A stretch of 64,000 nt of DNA. It comes from Abditibacteriaceae bacterium (lineage in GTDB: Bacteria > Armatimonadota > Abditibacteriia > Abditibacteriales > Abditibacteriaceae). Both the position numbers and the translations under genes were made by a program. Positions within the stretch are counted from its first letter, which is position 1, and each line of letters opens with the position of its first letter. Location of the stretch: NCBI GenBank assembly GCA_031372065.1, contig JANMKN010000043.1, forward strand, positions 1-64,000. The letters run 5' to 3'. Positions 58,152 through 64,000 of the stretch are shown here, piece after piece. The notes under the pieces were generated by a model, which saw only the letters and a list, made by a program, of their open reading frames with translations, was not told where the DNA came from and searched no databases.

Positions 58152-60863
58152 CTACTGCAAGCGAACGACGAATGTTACGGTGCCGCTGGCGCTGGGCGCT
58201 AAAGTGCCCGCGAAAGTCCATTTCAGCGCGCCGAAGGCATTCACAGCGGGTGTGGTAGCGGTAATGCCGGTTAAATTGGCGGGCAGGGCGCTGTTGGTTT
58301 GCGAAACAAAGAGTGTGAAGGCAGGAGTGGTGTCGTTGATGACTAAATTGCTCAGTGGCGTGCCACTGCCGTTGCGATAAGTGATGGTGTAGGAAATCAA
58401 ATCGCCCGATTTGGCGGTGGCGCGATCCACGCTTTTGGAAAGCACAAGGCCGGTTTCGCCCGCCACAGTGGTTGTATCGGTGTGCGTAAGGGTGCTACTC
58501 AGTGCTGGAACCGCGTTGGTGTAGGTGAACTGCGCCGTGGTGGTAATCAGATCGCGGGCGCCAATGGGCGCGTTGGCGGGAACGAACTCTTTAACAATAA
58601 TGGCAACTTGTTGATTGGCGGTGACGGCAAGCGGCGCCGTGATAATCGGTTCGCCTGCATCCAAGACGCCGTTAGCGTTGCTGTCGAGATAAATCACGTT
58701 TTGCCAAAGGTTGTTGGCGGGCGTGGCGATATTCGTAGTAGAAAAAGTGACGCTTCCGGCACTTCCGGCAGTGAAAACGTGCGGATAAGTGACGGTGGCA
58801 CCGGGCACGCCGTTTTGCGCGCCATCGTTAGTAAAGATATTGAGCGGCACATCGCCAAAATTGACGTTTGAATAAGTTGTGCCGACAGCGTTGGTGAAAG
58901 TCGTGGCGTCCGTGGCGCGATTATAAGTGCCGCCAGTATTGCCTACCGTGGCGCCCGTCGAAAGGTAATTGGCCGCGTTGGTTTCTTCGACGCGCAGAAT
59001 TTGCGCGCCGATGGCAGCGCGAATATAAAGCGTATAATTACCAGCGCCGTCGGTGGTAGCCGTATCAAAAATGGTCGTATCCGCCGCGTTGGTTAAAGCC
59101 ACCGTCACGCCGCTGACCCCTGCTTCGCCGCCGTCGCGGATGCCATTGTTAGCCGTGCCACCGCCCAGTCCATTGTCGTTAAAAACGCGCCCGCTCAATT
59201 TGCTGCCGTTAAACAAGCCAAAATTCTGGTTTATTACGTTAGTATTATCGGGCACTGTCACGTCAATGGCGCCTGTAGGCGCTTGCGTAGCGATGTAACC
59301 TGCCGGAATTGCCGGAGTAATATCGGTGAGCGTGTTGTTGTCGTCCAAAACAACGGTGTAGTTGCCGGTTGCCACGCCCAAAATCTGATAACCGCCGGTG
59401 GTCGGATTAACCGCGACGGCTTGCGTGGCGACGGCGCTGTTTTGCGGCACCAGTTTCACAAAAAGAGTCGCCAAACCTGTTCCGGTTTCGTTGTTGCCCA
59501 GATTACCATTGTGATCGTCATCGGCGTAAACCACGCCTGAAATGGTGCTTTGCGGCGAGATATTAGTGGTTTTGGTAACAAACAGCGTGGTAATGGTGCC
59601 CGGCGCGACTTTGGTATCCATCAGCGAAGTGCCGTTGATACGCGTGCTGTCGGTAGCGGCGGCTCCGGCGGTTGGTGTGACGCGCAAGATAAAATTCTTG
59701 GTTTGATTGGGCGTCAAAATGCCCGTATCCACTTTGCCGTCGCCATCGGTATCGGTCAGCGCCGCGCTACCGCTATCCAGCAGTTGCACTGTATAATTCG
59801 CCGCTGTGTTGGATGTCGTCAACTCAATGATGTCGTTGGTAAAAAACAGGTTGGTAACCGAAAAAGGATGATCTACCGGCACTCCGATAGTCGTGGAAAG
59901 CACATCATCGGGCGTAATACGGAAGTTGCCGGCGTCGCCAGTGACCGGATTTTGGTCAAGCAAAACCAACCGATTGCCAGCATTGGCTTCGAGAATGAAC
60001 TGGTTATTAGCCGAGATATTGTTGACATTGATTTGCCATACGCCCACATCTGGCAAGGTGCCTGTTGTGGTGTTGACTACGATGGTGTCCTGCCCTGTAT
60101 TAAGCGTCGGGGAGGGGCCGTTCCATAAAGCATTGCCTGACACCGTGCCAGCCACTGTAGTGCTGTTGGGACGGGTGTAAACCAAGGTGCCGGAACTGTC
60201 CATGTCGAAGTTTCGCAGGGTCAGATTCGGGTTGCCGGGGCCGACCAAAAAATAAAAAGTGTAGCTTTGCGGCGTTGCCGCGAAATGCACCAGCGTGCTT
60301 TGGTATTGACCAATCAGGGTGGATGTGCCGGGAATGGAAATGGTGTAAGAATTGTCGTCGTCGTTGAGCGTTGTTGTATTATCGCCATTAATCGGTGTGG
60401 CACCAGTGACGGTTACCACTTGATACGAACCCGCCGCGTTAATGTTGAAGGTGACAACGGTGCCATCGGGCGAACCCGAAGGCACCGTTGTGGATTGCAA
60501 AACTGTGATGCCGTTTGGCGCTCGCAATTCAAAACGCGTTGGGTCGGGCGTGCCGGTTACTTCATCGCCGCCCGCACCATTCGATTCGGCATCGCTGATG
60601 GTCACCGTCACGTTGCCGCCGTTGGCATCCAGCAAGGCTTGACTGACTTCGACGATAAAGCGATGAGTGCGGTCTGTGCTGCTACTGGTGGCTGTTGTAT
60701 ACCAGTCGCCGATACCCGGCGGGCGCTGTTGGCCGCTGGTTTGAAAAGCGAGATTGGGCTGCGAAGGCAGCGTGCCCGCAAAGGCAAGCGATGAAGCGAA
60801 AAACAACGCGCCGCACAGGAAGCCTAAAAGCCAACCAAATTTTTGCATTTGCGCTGTTCTCAT
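58152..60863 (-). CDS. Secreted SdrD-B-like/DUF11 repeat surface protein
   Basis: Signal peptide; SG.VF.D....NG..D.GE.G motifs; LSKSVDRATAKSGDLISYTITYRN DUF11; Thr-rich. Confidence 0.85.
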   Translation of the reverse strand: MRTAQMQKFGWLLGFLCGALFFASSLAFAGTLPSQPNLAFQTSGQQRPPGIGDWYTTATSSSTDRTHRFIVEVSQALLDANGGNVTVTISDAESNGAGGDEVTGTPDPTRFELRAPNGITVLQSTTVPSGSPDGTVVTFNINAAGSYQVVTVTGATPINGDNTTTLNDDDNSYTISIPGTSTLIGQYQSTLVHFAATPQSYTFYFLVGPGNPNLTLRNFDMDSSGTLVYTRPNSTTVAGTVSGNALWNGPSPTLNTGQDTIVVNTTTGTLPDVGVWQINVNNISANNQFILEANAGNRLVLLDQNPVTGDAGNFRITPDDVLSTTIGVPVDHPFSVTNLFFTNDIIELTTSNTAANYTVQLLDSGSAALTDTDGDGKVDTGILTPNQTKNFILRVTPTAGAAATDSTRINGTSLMDTKVAPGTITTLFVTKTTNISPQSTISGVVYADDDHNGNLGNNETGTGLATLFVKLVPQNSAVATQAVAVNPTTGGYQILGVATGNYTVVLDDNNTLTDITPAIPAGYIATQAPTGAIDVTVPDNTNVINQNFGLFNGSKLSGRVFNDNGLGGGTANNGIRDGGEAGVSGVTVALTNAADTTIFDTATTDGAGNYTLYIRAAIGAQILRVEETNAANYLSTGATVGNTGGTYNRATDATTFTNAVGTTYSNVNFGDVPLNIFTNDGAQNGVPGATVTYPHVFTAGSAGSVTFSTTNIATPANNLWQNVIYLDSNANGVLDAGEPIITAPLAVTANQQVAIIVKEFVPANAPIGARDLITTTAQFTYTNAVPALSSTLTHTDTTTVAGETGLVLSKSVDRATAKSGDLISYTITYRNGSGTPLSNLVINDTTPAFTLFVSQTNSALPANLTGITATTPAVNAFGALKWTFAGTLAPSASGTVTFVVRLQ

Positions 60864-63800
60864 TCGTTCACCAACTGATTCAAACTGCCGGGACGATCTC
60901 CGCTAAGTGGATTGTCATTGCGCGCGACTGCCGGGGCCAAACCTGCATTAGCCACAGGCTTAAAGGTTTCGTCGTTTAAAGTCGCACCCGGCTTGCGGAA
61001 GCCGCTCCAGCCGTTCAAGGAATTTTCGTCGAACTTGAAACGAAGTCGCAAATAGGCGCCGCGTTGCGTCCATTCGTCGGCGGACAAATCGTTGTCGTAG
61101 AAGCCGAAGAAATTGTAGCCAGCCGAAAGCATCATATCGCGCGTTAGCAGATAACCAAATTCCACTCCCATGCCTTGTTGACTGCCGCCGCCCCACAAAC
61201 GGCTGCCGATTAAGCTCAATATCATGCGGCGATTTAAATCTTTGGTCAGGCGCGCCGACAGCAAATGCACCGAAGTGCGGCTCGATAAATCGGGCGTGGC
61301 TTCGTAGGCTTTTTTCCACGCGTAATGCAAGCGCATTTGCACGCTCGCTGAGGGCTGATAATTGCCGTCCAGCGACAAAATATGCACGCGGCGTGTCAGG
61401 TTTTGCGCGAACGTCGGATTGCCGGACGTCGCGCCGAATTGCGACGGATTGTCGTCAAAGCGATATTCGTATTTCATCAGTGCATTAAAGCGATCTGTAT
61501 CGGTTTGGCGATACGCGAGGCCCATTTGCAAGCGGCCTTGCGTGCGGTCATTAAGCGCAGTGTCCGAATTAGTCTTGGTATAGGCTTCGCGCGCCAAAAG
61601 CGTTAAATTGCGGCCCGGTTTCCACGCAATGCCCGCTGTGGACAGAAAGTTATCGCCGCCGCTGGCTTTGCGGCCTTCCAAGCGGCCTGTGGCGCGAAAA
61701 GTTTCGCCACGCAAAAATTCAAGGCCGATGCCTGCTGCCGTCCCATCGTCCAACAAAACACCGCCGGGGCCGTTTAAGGTTTGCACGCGCTCAAAATTGG
61801 TGCTGAGTTTGAGGCCCGGCGCGAGATTCCACAAATTGCGTAGGCCCAGCGCGGCCTGTGCGCTACGGCCATCAATGCCGTTGCCCAAGCGATATTCACC
61901 GAAAAGCGAGCCATTTTTCATGTAATCGCTTTCGATGCCAAAACGCGTGTTATATTGGCGCTGCGATTCATTAAGCGCGTAAAGTCCGCCGAACGAATCG
62001 AGAAATTCATGCGCCACATAAAGGCGACTGCGATTGGCAATTTGATATTCGCCACCGATTTGAAAACTTTGTTTGCTATCACTCAAAGAACGTTCGTAGC
62101 GCGTAAACGCTGTAATTTTGGGATGATTTGGCATTTGCGCGGCTAAACGGGCAAAAGCCGTGGTGAAATTCACGTTGCCAAGGCCAAGTTGCGGCGTGTT
62201 TGAAGCGCCGCCTTCGCTGGAAGCGTGACGAACGCCAGTTTGCAAGCGCAAACTCTTGCCCAGCGCTGTGTCCATCGCCAACTGCGCGCCGGTGAGGGTG
62301 CCGCCGTTGAGGGCATCGCCAGTGCGCATCACTTCGCCATTCAAGCGCGTTTTGGTGTTCAACTTATAAGAAGCGCGCGCCGAAATTTCGCGGCGGCCAT
62401 TGCTCAAAATGGATTCGGGATTGTCAAAAGCCGCGTCGCTGCGGCCCACAAACAAACGCGCTTGCATCCGTTCGCTGTTGTGCAAGAGTTCCAATTTTTT
62501 CGCGTCGCCCTTGCCCAAATTGGTATCCGTGCGCGCCCATTCGCCGAACAAAACGGTTTGCTGATTGAAGCGATAAACCGCGTTTAGCGATTGCAAGGTT
62601 GTCGGGTCTTGCGGGTTGGCATCTTTTGTCCATGCCGCGCCAACTTGAAAATTGTTGCCGATTTTATACTGGCCGTTCAATCCCCAAACGTTGAAATTCG
62701 GGCCGCCTTGGTCAACTTCGTAAGTAATGCGGATGAAAACCGGATTGCCATCGGGGTCAATTGAAGGAACCGGACGACGAAACAAAATGCCTTCGGTCAG
62801 GCCGTCAATGGAATAATCAGTGAAGCGTTCTTGGGCCGTGGTGCGCAAAATAAGGCCCGGCTGATTGCGGTCGCGCACGATGATTTCCACTTTTTCGCTG
62901 CCATCAATGGCGCCGGTTGTCAGCAAGCGATACGGGCCGGAAATGCCGCGTCCGGGAATTTCGTCAATCACGCGGCGATTATTATCGCGGGCGAAAAAGA
63001 AATTGGTCGAATATTTTTGCTTTTCGCCGTGCAATTGCACGCCGTTGAGCGAGCGCGAATAACGGCTGAGGCTGTCACTGGTTTCGGCGCCCGAAGTCAG
63101 AAAGTCGCCGTATAAAACGTAGCTTTGATTTTTGTCCACGCGCACATAAAGGCGGCTGGTAGATTGTGCGTCGAAGCCTTTAATCGAAGAATCGCCGTAA
63201 ACCGGATAATATTCGTCCGGCTGAATATCGCGGAAGAGGCGCTCGCCGCTTTCCAGTTCCGAATCGTAGCGCATCGTCAGCAGATATTTGCCTTGCACGC
63301 TGCCTTTGAGAAACATCGCGCTGCGGCCTTCCAAGCGCGTCGAATTGCTTTGCGAAATTTTACGTAAATCGTCTTCAAACAAGTCGGATGTGTTGATGGG
63401 GCGCGCGCCGGACGGACGGAAGCGGAACAAATTTAATTTGGCATCCAGCACGCCGGTGGCCGTAAGCGGGCGCAGTTCCGGCACGAAGCTGATTTCGCCG
63501 GTTGAAGCCATCAATCCGCTGGAAACGCGAATCAGGCATTGGCCCGGCTCGGAGGGCGACACGAGGAGAAATTCGCCCCGCCCACCTTCGATAAATAATT
63601 GCACGCCCGGCTCGACTTCGTTGAGGTCGCGCTGCAACCACTCGCCCCGGCTGGATTCAAGCGTAATCGGCGTGCGCGCCGTAACGAAAACGCCGCGCTT
63701 GTCCACCAATTCGACACGAATTTTAATCGGCGTCAGGCCATCGGCGGGCAAAGTTTTGTCGGGCAAAAACAAGCGCAAGAGGCCCAAATCGCCGGGCGCC

Positions 63801-64000
63801 GTAACGCTGATTTTCACGCGCCCTTTTTCGTTGCCAAAGCTATCCAATTGCACGGCTTCGAGCGTGTTGGCGCCCGCTTCGAGGCCAACGCCAATATATT
63901 CCCACGCTTGCAACTGCTTGGCGGCCAAAGTGCTGCGTGTGCCGACGCGCGTATCGGCGAGTTCCTGCCCGTTGACAAACAATTTGAAACTGGCGCCCGC
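60860..64000 (-). CDS. Large outer-membrane beta-barrel-type protein (partial, 5' end outside window)
   Basis: Frame open to the window edge; YYPVYGDSS, SGPYRL, DYSID, GYNFFGF.D.DL, G.YLRLRFKFDE; stop overlaps the next start. Confidence 0.75.
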   Translation of the reverse strand, partial: AGASFKLFVNGQELADTRVGTRSTLAAKQLQAWEYIGVGLEAGANTLEAVQLDSFGNEKGRVKISVTAPGDLGLLRLFLPDKTLPADGLTPIKIRVELVDKRGVFVTARTPITLESSRGEWLQRDLNEVEPGVQLFIEGGRGEFLLVSPSEPGQCLIRVSSGLMASTGEISFVPELRPLTATGVLDAKLNLFRFRPSGARPINTSDLFEDDLRKISQSNSTRLEGRSAMFLKGSVQGKYLLTMRYDSELESGERLFRDIQPDEYYPVYGDSSIKGFDAQSTSRLYVRVDKNQSYVLYGDFLTSGAETSDSLSRYSRSLNGVQLHGEKQKYSTNFFFARDNNRRVIDEIPGRGISGPYRLLTTGAIDGSEKVEIIVRDRNQPGLILRTTAQERFTDYSIDGLTEGILFRRPVPSIDPDGNPVFIRITYEVDQGGPNFNVWGLNGQYKIGNNFQVGAAWTKDANPQDPTTLQSLNAVYRFNQQTVLFGEWARTDTNLGKGDAKKLELLHNSERMQARLFVGRSDAAFDNPESILSNGRREISARASYKLNTKTRLNGEVMRTGDALNGGTLTGAQLAMDTALGKSLRLQTGVRHASSEGGASNTPQLGLGNVNFTTAFARLAAQMPNHPKITAFTRYERSLSDSKQSFQIGGEYQIANRSRLYVAHEFLDSFGGLYALNESQRQYNTRFGIESDYMKNGSLFGEYRLGNGIDGRSAQAALGLRNLWNLAPGLKLSTNFERVQTLNGPGGVLLDDGTAAGIGLEFLRGETFRATGRLEGRKASGGDNFLSTAGIAWKPGRNLTLLAREAYTKTNSDTALNDRTQGRLQMGLAYRQTDTDRFNALMKYEYRFDDNPSQFGATSGNPTFAQNLTRRVHILSLDGNYQPSASVQMRLHYAWKKAYEATPDLSSRTSVHLLSARLTKDLNRRMILSLIGSRLWGGGSQQGMGVEFGYLLTRDMMLSAGYNFFGFYDNDLSADEWTQRGAYLRLRFKFDENSLNGWSGFRKPGATLNDETFKPVANAGLAPAVARNDNPLSGDRPGSLNQLVNE

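Overview
A 64-kb bacterial chromosomal segment of moderately high GC. The organism is Gram-negative (kdsA, lipoproteins, a DUF1559-type prepilin), and the gene mix resembles Armatimonadota/Abditibacteriota; that taxonomy is inference only. It carries about 45 genes. Housekeeping and recognisable genes: mreD, folC, kdsA, rpmB, surE, mrp/apbC, a cold-shock gene, yraN and tRNA-Gln(CTG). Signalling: a GGDEF-EAL protein and three histidine kinases. Envelope and secreted: an alpha-2-macroglobulin with an intact CxEQ motif, VanW, RCC1, Tat ferritin-like proteins, and a DUF11 protein next to a large outer-membrane protein truncated by the window end. I see no CRISPR array, prophage or transposase. The most unusual signal lies outside ordinary genes. 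(1) A four-helix-bundle (23S-IVS/Avd-like) ORF sits inside heptamer-built terminal inverted repeats placed exactly between the stop and start codons of two amidohydrolase-like genes. (2) Seven intergenic repeat arrays of unrelated sequence all have 21-bp or 41-42-bp periods and often flip orientation, including a ~380-bp palindrome made of 21-mers. (3) Heptamer repeats are inserted in-frame into genes. All product calls come from motif recognition by eye, not database searches.
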